Shown piece by piece: positions 13,801 through 26,590 of a DNA stretch of 64,000 bases; the stretch's first letter is position 1; every line of letters starts with the position of its first letter. Under the pieces are notes generated by a model. That model searched no databases. It saw only the letters and a program-made list of their open reading frames with translations, and was not told the DNA's origin. Origin of the DNA: Eledone cirrhosa (lineage: Eukaryota); assembly GCA_964016885.1 (NCBI GenBank), contig OZ024744.1:2232001-2296000 (forward strand). Reading direction: 5' to 3'. The translations under genes and the position numbers were made by a program.

Positions 13801-16800
13801 TTCACCAAGCTATCTTTCTCTACCCTGTCCTCCCCCAAAACTTCGTTCTTCACCAAGCTATCTTTCTCTACCTTGTCTTCCCCCAAAACTTCGTTCTTCG
13901 CAAGCTATCTTTCTCTACCTTGTCTTCCGTCAAAACTTCGTTCTTCACCAAGATATCTTTCTCTACCTTGTCTTCCCACAAAACGTCGTTCTTCACCAAG
14001 CTATCTTTCTCTACCTTGTCTTCCCTCAGAACTTCGTTCTTCACCAAGCTATCTTTCTCTACCTTGACTTCCCCCAAAACTTCGTTCTTCACCAAGCTAT
14101 CTTTCTCTACATTGTCTTCCCCAAAACTTCGTTCTTCACCAAGCTATCTTTCTCTACCTTGTCTTCCCCCAAAACTTAGTTCTTCACCAAGCTATATTTC
14201 TCTACCTTGTCTTCCCCCAAAACTTCGTTCTTCACCAAGTCATCTTTCTCTACCTTGTCATCCCTCAAAACTTCGTTCTTCACCAATCTATCTTTCTCTA
14301 CCTTGTCTTCCCCCAAAACTACGTTCTTCACCAAGCTATCTTTCTCTAGCTTGTCTTCACACAAAACCTCGTTCTTCACCAAGCTATCTTTCTCTACCTT
14401 GTCTTCCCACAAAACGTCATTCTTCACCAAGCTATCTTTCTCGACATTGTCTTCCGTCAAAACTTCGTTCTTCACCAAGATATCTTTCTCTACCTTGTCT
14501 TCCCACAAAACGTCGTTCTTCACCAAGCTATCTTTCTCTACCTTGTCTTCCCTCAGAACTTCGTTCTTCACCAAGCTATCTTTCTCTACCTTGTCTTACC
14601 CCAAAACTTCGTTCTTCACCAAGCTATCTTTCTCTACATTGTCTTCCCCAAAACTTCGTTCTTCACCAAGCTATCTTTCTCTACCTTGTCTTCCCCCCAA
14701 AACTTCGTTCTTCACCAAGCTATCTTTCTCTACCTTGTCTTCCCACAAAACTTCGTTCTTCACCAAGCTATCTTTCTCTACCGTGTCTTCCCCCAAAACT
14801 TCGTTCTTCACCAAGCTATCTTTCTCTACATTGTCTTCCCCAAAACTTCGTTCTTCACCAAGCTATCTTTCTCTACCTTGTCTTCCCTCAAAACGTCGTT
14901 CTTCACCAAGCTATCTTTCTCTACCTTGTCTTCTCCCAAAACTTCGTTATTCACCAAGCTATCTTTCTCTACCTTGTCTTCCCTCAAAACTTCGTTCTTC
15001 ACCAAGCTATCTTTCTCTACCTTGTCTTCCCCCAAAACTTCGTTCTTCACCAAGCTATCTTTCTCTACATTGTCTTCCCCAAAACTTCGTTCTTCACCAA
15101 GCTATCTTTCTCTACCTTGTCTTCCCCCAAAACTTCGTTGTTCACCAAGCTATCTTTCTCTACCTTGTCTTCCCCCAAAACTTCGTTGTTCACCAAGCTA
15201 TCTTTCACTACCTTGTCTTCCCCCAAAACTTCGTTCTTCACCAAGCTATCTTTCTCTACCTTGTCTTCCCCCAAACCTTCGTTCTTCACCAAGCTATCTT
15301 TCTCTACCTTGTCTTCCCACAAAACTTCGTTCTTCACCAAGCTATCTTTCTCTACCTTGTCTTCTCCCAAAACTTCGTTCTTCACCAAGCTATCTTTCTC
15401 TACCTTGTCTTCCCTCAAAACGTCGTTCTTCACCAAGCTATCTTTCTCTACCTTGTCTTCCCCCAAAACTTCGTTCTTCACCAAGCTATCTTTCTCTACC
15501 TTGTCTTCCCCCAAAACTTCGTTCTTCACCAAGCTATCTTTCTCTACCTTGTCTTCCCACAAAACGTCGTTCTTCACCAAGCTATCTTTCTCTATTTTGT
15601 CTTCCCTCAAAACGTCGTTCTTCACCAAGCTATCTTTCTCTACCTTGTCTTCCCTCAAAATTTCGTTCTTCACCAAGCTATCTTTCTCGACCTTGTCTTC
15701 TCCCAAAACTTCGTTATTCACCAAGATATCTTTCTCTACCTTGTCTTCTCCCAAAACTTCGTTATTCACTAAGCTATCTTTCTCTACCTTGTCTTCCCTC
15801 AAAACTTCGTTCTTCACCAAGCTATCTTTCTCTACCTTGTCTTCCCCCAAAACTTCGTTCTTCACCAAGCTATCTTTCTCTACCTTGTCTTCCCCCAAAA
15901 CTTCGTTCTTCACCAAGCTATCTTTCTCTACCTTGTCTTCCCCCAAAACTTCGTTCTTCACCAAGTCATCTTTCTCTACCTTGTCATCCCTCAAAACTTC
16001 GTTCTTCACCAATCTATCTTTCTCTACCTTGTCTTCCCCCAAAACTACGTTCTTCACCAAGCTATCTTTCTCTAGCTTGTCTTCACACAAAACCTCGTTC
16101 GTCACCAAGCTATCTTTCTCTACCTTGTCTTCCCACAAAACGTCATTCTTCACCAAGCTATCTTTCTCTACCTTGTCTTCTCCCAAAACTTCGTTCTTCA
16201 CCAAGCTATCTTTCTCTACCTTGTCTTCCCTCAGAACTTCGTTCTTCACCAAGCTATCTTTCTCTACCCTATCCTCCCCCAAAACTTCGTTCTTCACCAA
16301 GCTATCTTTCTCTACCTTGTCTTCCCCTAAAACTTCGTTCTTCGCAAGCTATCTTTCTCTACCTTGTCTTCCGTCAAAACTTCGTTCTTCACCAAGATAT
16401 CTTTCTCTACCTTGTCTTCCCACAAAACGTCGTTCTTCACCAAGCTATCTTTCTCTACCTTGTCTTCCCTCAGAACTTCGTTCTTCACCAAGCTATCTTT
16501 CTCTACCTTGTCTTACCCCAAAACTTCGTTCTTCACCAAGCTATCTTTCTCTACATTGTCTTCCCCAAAATTTCGTTCTTCACCAAGCTATCTTTCTCTA
16601 CCTTGTCTTCCCCCAAAACTTAGTTCTTCACCAAGCTATATTTCTCTACCTTGTCTTCCCCCAAAACTTCGTTCTTCACCAAGTCATCTTTCTCTACCTT
16701 GTCATCCCTCAAAACTTCGTTCTTCAACAATCTATCTTTCTCTACCTTGTCTTCCCCTAAAACTACGTTCTTCACCAAGCTATCTTTCTCTAGCTTGTCT

Positions 16801-19800
16801 TCACACAAAACCTCGTTCTTCACCAAGCTATCTTTCTCTACCTTGTCTTCCCACAAAACGTCATTCTTCACCAAGCTATCTTTCTCTACCTTGTCTTCTC
16901 CCAAAACTTCGTTCTTCACCAAGCTATCTTTCTCTACCTTGTCTTCCCTCAGAACTTCGTTCTTCACCAAGCTATCTTTCTCTACCTTGTCCTCCCCCAA
17001 AACTTCGTTCTTCACCAGGCTATATTTCTCTACCTTGTCTTCCCCCAAAACTTCGTTCTTCACCAAGTCATCTTTCTCTACCTTGTCATCCCTCAAAACT
17101 TCGTTCTTCACCAATCTATCTTTCTCTACCTTGTCTTCCCCCAAAACTACGTTCTTCACCAAGTCATCTTTCTCTACCTTGTCATCCCTCAAAACTTCGT
17201 TCTTCACCAATCTATCTTTCTCTACCTTGTCTTCCCCCAAAACTACGTTCTTCACCAAGCTATCTTTCTCTAGCTTGTCTTCACACAAAACCTCGTTCTT
17301 CACCAAGCTATCTTTCTCTACCTTGTCTTCCCACAAAACGTCATTCTTCACCAAGCTATCTTTCTCTACCTTGTCTTCTCCCAAAACTTCGTTCTTCACC
17401 AAGCTATCTTTCTCTACCTTGTCTTCCCTCAGAACTTCGTTCTTCACCAAGCTATCTTTCTCTACCTTGTCCTCCCCCAAAACTTCGTTCTTCACCAAGC
17501 TATCTTTCTCTACCTTGTCTTCCCCCAAAACTTCGTTCTTCGCAAGCTATCTTTCTCTACCTTGTCTTCCGTCAAAACTTCGTTCTTCACCAAGATATCT
17601 TTCTCTACCTTGTCTTCCCACAAAACGTCGTTCTTCACCAAGCTATCTTTCTCTACCTTGTCTTCCCTCAGAACTTCGTTCTTCACCAAGCTATCTTTCT
17701 CTACCTTGTCTTCCCCCAAAACTTCGTTCTTCACCAAGCTATCTTTCTCTACATTGTCTTCCCCAAAACTTCGTTCTTCACCAAGCTATCTTTCTCTACC
17801 TTGTCTTCCCCCAAAACTTCGTTCTTCACCAAGCTATCTTTCTCTACCTTGTCTTCCCACAAAACGTCATTCTTCACCAAGCTATCTTTCTCGACCTTGT
17901 CTTCCGTCAAAACTTCGTTCTTCACCAAGATATCTTTCTCTACCTTGTCTTCCCACAAAACGTCGTTCTTCACCAAGCTATCTTTCTCTACCTTGTCTTC
18001 CCTCAGAACTTCGTTCTTCACCAAGCTATCTTTCTCTACCTTGTCTTCCCCCAAAACTTCGTTCTTCACCAAGCTATCTTTCTCTACATTGTCTTCCCCA
18101 AAACTTCGTTCTTCACCAAGCTATCTTTCTCTACCTTGTCTTCCCCCAAATCTTCGTTCTTCACCAAGCTATCTTTCTCCACCTTGTCTTCCCACAAAAC
18201 TTCGTTCTTCACCAAGCTATCTTTCTCTACCTTGTCTTCCCCCAAAACTTCGTTCTTCACCAAGCTATCTTTCTCTACATTGTCTTACCCAAAACTTCGT
18301 TCTTCACCAAGCTATCTTTCTCTACCTTGTCTTCCCTCAAAACGTCGTTCTTCACCAAGCTATCTTTCTCTACCTTGTCTTCTCCCAAAACTTCGTTATT
18401 CACCAAGCTATCTTTCTCTACCTTGTCTTCCCTCAAAACTTCGTTCTTCACCAAGCTATCTTTCTCTACCTTGTCTTCCCCCAAAACTTCGTTCTTCACC
18501 AAGCTATCTTTCTCTACCTTGTCTTCCCCCAAAACTTCGTTCTTCACCAAGCTATCTTTCTCTACCTTGTCTTCCCACAAAACTTCGTTCTTCACCAAGC
18601 TATCTTTCTCTACCTTGTCTTCCCACAAAACGTCGTTCTTCACCAAGCTATCTTTCTCTACCTTGTCTTCCCCCAAAACTTCGTTCTTCACCAAGCTATC
18701 TTTCTCTAGCTTGTCTTCACACAAAACTTCGTTCTTCACCAAGCTATCCTTCTCTACCTTGTCTTCCCACAAAACGTCATTCTTCACCAAGCTATCTTTC
18801 TCTACCTTGTCTTCCGTCAAAACTTCGTTCTTCACCAAGATATCTTTCTCTACCTTGTCTTCTCCCAAAACTTCGTTCTTCACCAAGCTATCTTTCTCTA
18901 CCTTGTCTTCCCTCAGAACTTCGTTCTTCAACAAGCTATCTTTCTCTACCTTGTCTTCCCCCAAAACTTCGTTCTTCACCAAGCTATCTTTCTCTACATT
19001 GTCTTCCCAAAAACTTCGTTCTTCACCAAGCTATCTTTCTCTACCTTGTCTTCCCTCAAAACGTCGTTCTTCACCAAGCTATCTTTCTCTACCTTGTCTT
19101 CCCCCAAAACTTCGTTCTTCACCAAGCTATCTTTCTCTACCTTGTCTTCCCCCAAAACTTCGTTCTTCACCAAGCTATCTTTCTCTACATTGTCTTCCCC
19201 AAAACTTCGTTCTTCACCAATCTATCTTTCTCTACCTTGTCTTCCCTCAAAACGTCGTTCTTCACCAAGCTATCTTTCTCTACCTTGTCTTCTCCCAAAA
19301 CTTCGTTATTCACCAAGCTATCTTTCTCTACCTTGTCTTCCCTCAAAACTTCGTTCTTCACCAAGCTATCTTTCTCTACCTTGTCTTCCCCCAAAACTTC
19401 GTTCTTCACCAAGCTATCTTTCTCTACCTTGTCTTCCCCCAAAACTTCGTTCTTCACCAAGCTATCTTTCTCTACCTTGTCTTCCCACAAAACTTCGTTC
19501 TTCACCAAGCTATCTTTCTCTACATTGTCTTCCCCAAAACTTCGTTCTTCACCAAGCTATCTTTCTCTACCTTGTCTTCCCCCAAAACTTCGTTGTTCAC
19601 CAAGCTATCTTTCTCTACCTTGTCTTCCCACAAAACTTCGTTCTTCACCAAGCTATCTTTCTCTACCTTGTCTTCCCTCAAAACTTCGTTCTTCACCAAG
19701 CTATCTTTCTCGAACTTGTCTTCTCCCAAAACTTCGTTATTCACCAAGCTATCTTTCTCTACCTTGTCTTCCCACAAAACGTCGTTCTTCACCAAGCTAT

Positions 19801-20839
19801 CTTTCTCTACCTTGTCTTCCCTCAGAACTTCGTTCTTCACCAAGCTATCTTTCTCTACCTTGTCTTCCCTTAAAACGTCGTTCTTCACCAAGCTATCTTT
19901 CTCTACCTTGTCTTCTCCCAAAACTTCGTTATTCACCAAACTATCTTTCTCTACCTTGTCTTCCCTCAAAACTTCGTTCTTCACCAAGCTATCTTTCTCT
20001 ACCTTGTCTTCCCCCAAAACTTAGTTCTTCACCAAGCTATATTTCTCTACCTTGTCTTCCCACAAAACTTCGTTCTTCACCAAGTCATCTTTCTCTACCT
20101 TATCATCCCTCAAAACTTCGTTCTTCAACAATCTATCTTTCTCTACCTTGTCTTCCCCTAAAACTTCGTTCTTCACCAATCTATCTTTCTCTACCTTGTC
20201 TTCCCTCAAAACGTCGTTCTTCACCAAGCTATCTTTCTCTACCTTGTCTTCTCCCAAAACTTCGTTATTCACCAAGCTATCTTTCTCTACCTTGTCTTCC
20301 CTCAGAACTTCGTTCTTCACCAAGCTATCTTTCTCTACCTTGTCCTCCCCCAAAACTTCGTTCTTCACCAGGCTATATTTCTCTACCTTGTCTTCCCCCA
20401 AAACTTCGTTCTTCACCAAGTCATCTTTCTCTACCTTGTCATCCCTCAAAACTTCGTTCTTCACCAATCTATCTTTCTCTACCTTGTCTTCCCCCAAAAC
20501 TACGTTCTTCACCAAGCTATCTTTCTCTAGCTTGTCTTCACACAAAACCTCGTTCTTCACCAAGCTATCTTTCTCTACCTTGTCTTCCCACAAAACGTCA
20601 TTCTTCACCAAGCTATCTTTCTCTACCTTGTCTTCTCCCAAAACTTCGTTCTTCACCAAGCTATCTTTCTCTACCTTGTCTTCCCTCAGAACTTCGTTCT
20701 TCACCAAGCTATCTTTCTCTACCTTGTCCTCCCCCAAAACTTCGTTCTTCACCAAGCTATCTTTCTCTACCTTGTCTTCCCCCAAAACTTCGTTCTTCGC
20801 AAGCTATCTTTCTCTACCTTGTCTTCCGTCAAAACTTCG

Positions 20840-23800
20840 TTCTTCACCAAGATATCTTTCTCTACCTTGTCTTCCCACAAAACGTCGTTCTTCACCAAGC
20901 TATCTTTCTCTACCTTGTCTTCCCTCAGAACTTCGTTCTTCACCAAGCTATCTTTCTCTACCTTGTCTTCCCCCAAAACTTCGTTCTTCACCAAGCTATC
21001 TTTCTCTACATTGTCTTCCCCAAAACTTCGTTCTTCACCAAGCTATCTTTCTCTACCTTGTCTTCCCCCAAAACTTCGTTCTTCACCAAGCTATCTTTCT
21101 CTACCTTGTCTTCCCACAAAACGTCATTCTTCACCAAGCTATCTTTCTCGACCTTGTCTTCCGTCAAAACTTCGTTCTTCACCAAGATATCTTTCTCTAC
21201 CTTGTCTTCCCACAAAACGTCGTTCTTCACCAAGCTATCTTTCTCTACCTTGTCTTCCCTCAGAACTTCGTTCTTCACCAAGCTATCTTTCTCTACCTTG
21301 TCTTCCCCCAAAACTACGTTCTTCACCAAGCTATCTTTCTCTACATTGTCTTCCCCAAAACTTCGTTCTTCACCAAGCTATCTTTCTCTACATTGTCTTC
21401 CCCAAAACTTCGTTCTTCACCAAGCTATCTTTCTCTACCTTGTCTTCCCTCAAAACGTCGTTCTTCACCAAGCTATCTTTCTCTACCTTGTCTTCTCCCA
21501 AAACTTCGTTATTCACCAAGCTATCTTTCTCTACCTTGTCTTCCCTCAAAACTTCGTTCTTCACCAAGCTATCTTTCTCTACCTTGTCTTCCCCCAAAAC
21601 TTCGTTCTTCACCAAGCTATCTTTCTCTACATTGTCTTCCCCAAAACTTCGTTCTTCACCAAGCTATCTTTCTCTACCTTGTCTTCCCCCAAAACTTCGT
21701 TGTTCACCAAGCTATCTTTCTCTACCTTGTCTTCCCCCAAAACTTCGTTCTTCACCAAGCTATCTTTCTCTACCTTGTTTCCCCCCAAAACTTCGTTCTT
21801 CACCAAGCTATCTTTCTCTACCTTGTCTTCCCACAAAACTTCGTTCTTCACCAAGCTATCTTTCTCTACCTTGTCTTCCCACAAAACGTCGTTCTTCACC
21901 AAGCTATCTTTCTCTACCTTGTCTTCCCCCCAAACTTCGTTCTTCACCAAGCTATCTTTCTCTAGCTTGTCTTCACACAAAACTTCGTTCTTCACCAAGC
22001 TATCCTTCTCTACCTTGTCTTCCCCCAAAACGTCATTCTTCACCAAGCTATCTTTCTCTACCTTGTCTTCCGTCAAAACTTCCTTCTTCACCAAGATATC
22101 TTTCTCTACCTTGTCTTCTCCCAAAACTTCGTTCTTCACCAAGCTATCTTTCTCTACCTTGTCTTCCCTCAGAACTTCGTTCTTCAACAAGCTATCTTTC
22201 TCTACCTTGTCTTCCCCCAAAACTTCGTTCTTCACCAAGCTATCTTTCTCTACATTGTCTTCCCCAAAACTTCGTTCTTCACCAAGCTATCTTTCTCTAC
22301 CTTGTCTTCCCTCAAAACGTCGTTCTTCACCAAGCTATCTTTCTCTACCTTGTCTTCCCCCAAAACTTCATTCTTCACCAAGCTATCTTTCTCTACCTTG
22401 TCTTCCCCCAAAACTTCGTTCTTCACCAAGCTATCTTTCTCTACATTGTCTTCCCCAAAACTTCGTTCTTCACCAATCTATCTTTCTCTACCTTGTCTTC
22501 CCTCAAAACGTCGTTCTTCACCAAGCTATCTTTCTCTACCTTGTCTTCTCCCAAAACTTCGTTATTCACCAAGCTATCTTTCTCTACCTTGTCTTCCCTC
22601 AAAACTTCGTTCTTCACCAAGCTATCTTTCTCTACCTTGTCTTCCCCCAAAATTTCGTTCTTCACCAAGCTATCTTTCTCTACATTGTCTTCCCCAAAAC
22701 TTCGTTCTTCACCAAGCTATCTTTCTCTACCTTGTCTTCCCCCAAAACTTCGTTGTTCACCAAGCTATCTTTCTCTACCTTGTCTTCCCCCAAAACTTCG
22801 TTCTTCACCAAGCTATCTTTCTCTACCTTGTCTTCCCCCAAAACTTCGTTCTTCACCAAGCTATCTTTCTCTACCTTGTCTTCCCACAAAACGTCATTCT
22901 TCACCAAGCTATCTTTCTCTACCTTGTCTTCTCCCAAAACTTCGTTCTTCACCAAGCTATCTTTCTCTACCTTGTCTTCCCTCAGAACTTCGTTCTTCAC
23001 CAAGCTATCTTTCTCTACCTTGTCCTCCCCCAAAACTTCGTTCTTCACCAAGCTATCTTTCTCTACCTTGTCTTCCCCCAAAACTTCGTTCTTCGCAAGC
23101 TATCTTTCTCTACCTTGTCTTCCGTCAAAACTTCGTTCTTCACCAAGATATCTTTCTCTACCTTGTCTTCCCACAAAACGTCGTTCTTCACCAAGCTATC
23201 TTTCTCTACCTTGTCTTCCCACAAAACGTCATTCTTCACCAAGCTATCTTTCTCGACCTTGTCTTCCGTCAAAACTTCGTTCTTCACCAAGATATCTTTC
23301 TTTACCTTGTCTTCCCACAAAACGTCGTTCTTCACCAAGCTATCTTTCTCTACATTGTCTTCCCTCAGAACTTCGTTCTTCACCAAGCTATCTTTCTCTA
23401 CCTTGTCTTCCCCCAAAACTTCGTTCTTCACCAAGCTATCTTTCTCTACATTGTCTTCCCCAAAACTTCGTTCTTCACCAAGCTATCTTTCTCTACCTTG
23501 TCTTCCCCCAAAACTTCGTTCTTCACCAAGCTATCTTTCTCCACCTTGTCTTCCCACAAAACTTCGTTCTTCACCAAGCTATCTTTCTCTACCTTGTCTT
23601 CCCCCAAAACTTCGTTCTTCACCAAGCTATCTTTCTCTACATTGTCTTCCCCAAAACTTCGTTCTTCACCAAGCTATCTTTCTCTACCTTGTCTTCCCTC
23701 AAAACGTCGTTCTTCACCAAGATATCTTTCTCTACCTTGTCTTCCCACAAAACGTCGTTCTTCACCAAGCTATCTTTCTCTACCTTGTCTTCCCTCCGAA

Positions 23801-26590
23801 CTTCGTTCTTCACCAAGCTATCTTTCTCTACCTTGTCTTCCCCCAAAACTTCGTTCTTCACCAAGCTATCTTTCTCTACATTGTCTTCCCCAAAACTTCG
23901 TTCTTCACCAAGCTATCTTTCTCTACCTTGTCTTCCCCCAAAACTTCGTTCTTCACCAAGCTATCTTTCTCTACCTTGTCTTCCCACAAAACGTCATTCT
24001 TCACCAAGCTATCTTTCTCGACCTTGTCTTCCGTCAAAACTTCGTTCTTCACCAAGATATCTTTCTCTACCTTGTCTTCCCACAAAACGTCGTTCTTCAC
24101 CAAGCTATCTTTCTCTACCTTGTCTTCCCTCAGAACTTCGTTCTTCACCAAGCTATCTTTCTCTACCTTGTCTTCCCCCAAAACTACGTTCTTCACCAAG
24201 CTATCTTTCTCTACATTGTCTTCCCCAAAACTTCGTTCTTCACCAAGCTATCTTTCTCTACATTGTCTTCCCCAAAACTTCGTTCTTCACCAAGCTATCT
24301 TTCTCTACCTTGTCTTCCCTCAAAACGTCGTTCTTCACCAAGCTATCTTTCTCTACCTTGTCTTCTCCCAAAACTTCGTTATTCACCAAGCTATCTTTCT
24401 CTACCTTGTCTTCCCTCAAAACTTCGTTCTTCACCAAGCTATCTTTCTCTACCTTGTCTTCCCCCAAAACTTCGTTCTTCACCAAGCTATCTTTCTCTAC
24501 ATTGTCTTCCCCAAAACTTCGTTCTTCACCAAGCTATCTTTCTCTACCTTGTCTTCCCCCAAAACTTCGTTGTTCACCAAGCTATCTTTCTCTACCTTGT
24601 CTTCCCCCAAAACTTCGTTCTTCACCAAGCTATCTTTCTCTACCTTGTTTCCCCCCAAAACTTCGTTCTTCACCAAGCTATCTTTCTCTACCTTGTCTTC
24701 CCACAAAACTTCGTTCTTCACCAAGCTATCTTTCTCTACCTTGTCTTCCCACAAAACGTCGTTCTTCACCAAGCTATCTTTCTCTACCTTGTCTTCCCCC
24801 CAAACTTCGTTCTTCACCAAGCTATCTTTCTCTAGCTTGTCTTCACACAAAACTTCGTTCTTCACCAAGCTATCCTTCTCTACCTTGTCTTCCCACAAAA
24901 CGTCATTCTTCACCAAGCTATCTTTCTCTACCTTGTCTTCCGTCAAAACTTCGTTCATCACCAAGATATCTTTCTCTACCTTGTCTTCTCCCAAAACTTC
25001 GTTCTTCACCAAGCTATCTTTCTCTACCTTGTCTTCCCTCAGAACTTCGTTCTTCAACAAGCTATCTTTCTCTACCTTGTCTTCCCCCAAAACTTCGTTC
25101 TTCACCAAGCTATCTTTCTCTACATTGTCTTCCCCAAAACTTCGTTCTTCACCAAGCTATCTTTCTCTACCTTGTCTTCCCTCAAAACGTCGTTCTTCAC
25201 CAAGCTATCTTTCTCTACCTTGTCTTCCCCCAAAACTTCATTCTTCACCAAGCTATCTTTCTCTACCTTGTCTTCCCCCAAAACTTCGTTCTTCACCAAG
25301 CTATCTTTCTCTACATTGTCTTCCCCAAAACTTCGTTCTTCACCAATCTATCTTTCTCTACCTTGTCTTCCCTCAAAACGTCGTTCTTCACCAAGCTATC
25401 TTTCTCTACCTTGTCTTCTCCCAAAACTTCGTTATTCACCAAGCTATCTTTCTCTACCTTGTCTTCCCTCAAAACTTCGTTCTTCACCAAGCTATCTTTC
25501 TCTACCTTGTCTTCCCCCAAAATTTCGTTCTTCACCAAGCTATCTTTCTCTACATTGTCTTCCCCAAAACTTCGTTCTTCACCAAGCTATCTTTCTCTAC
25601 CTTGTCTTCCCCCAAAACTTCGTTGTTCACCAAGCTATCTTTCTCTACCTTGTCTTCCCCCAAAACTTCGTTCTTCACCAAGCTATCTTTCTCTACCTTG
25701 TCTTCCCCCAAAACTTCGTTCTTCACCAAGCTATCTTTCTCTACCTTGTCTTCCCACAAAACGTCATTCTTCACCAAGCTATCTTTCTCTACCTTGTCTT
25801 CTCCCAAAACTTCGTTCTTCACCAAGCTATCTTTCTCTACCTTGTCTTCCCTCAGAACTTCGTTCTTCACCAAGCTATCTTTCTCTACCTTGTCCTCCCC
25901 CAAAACTTCGTTCTTCACCAAGCTATCTTTCTCTACCTTGTCTTCCCCCAAAACTTCGTTCTTCGCAAGCTATCTTTCTCTACCTTGTCTTCCGTCAAAA
26001 CTTCGTTCTTCACCAAGATATCTTTCTCTACCTTGTCTTCCCACAAAACGTCGTTCTTCACCAAGCTATCTTTCTCTACCTTGTCTTCCCACAAAACGTC
26101 ATTCTTAACCAAGCTATCTTTCTCGACCTTGTCTTCCGTCAAAACTTCGTTCTTCACCAAGATATCTTTCTCTACCTTGTCTTCCCACAAAACGTCGTTC
26201 TTCACCAAGCTATCTTTCTCTACCTTGTCTTCCCTCAGAACTTCGTTCTTCACCAAGCTATCTTTCTCTACCTTGTCTTCCCCCAAAACTTCGTTCTTCA
26301 CCAAGCTATCTTTCTCTACATTGTCTTCCCCAAAACTTCGTTCTTCACCAAGCTATCTTTCTCTACCTTGTCTTCCCCCAAAACTTCGTTCTTCACCAAG
26401 CTATCTTTCTCCACCTTGTCTTCCCACAAAACTTCGTTCTTCACCAAGCTATCTTTCTCTACCTTGTCTTCCCCCAAAACTTCGTTCTTCACCAAGCTAT
26501 CTTTCTCTACATTGTCTTCCCCAAAACTTCGTTCTTCACCAAGCTATCTTTCTCTACCTTGTCTTCCCTCAAAACGTCGTTCTTCACCAA
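20840..26590. repeat. 2870-bp tandem duplication (60 monomers minus 10 bp)
   Basis: ORF pairs 21006/23876, 21388/24258, 21627/24497, 22441/25311, 22680/25550 and 23063/25933 are all offset by 2870. The private variant TTGTTTCCCCCC is shared at about 21775 and about 24645. A handful of SNPs separate the copies. Confidence 0.9.
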
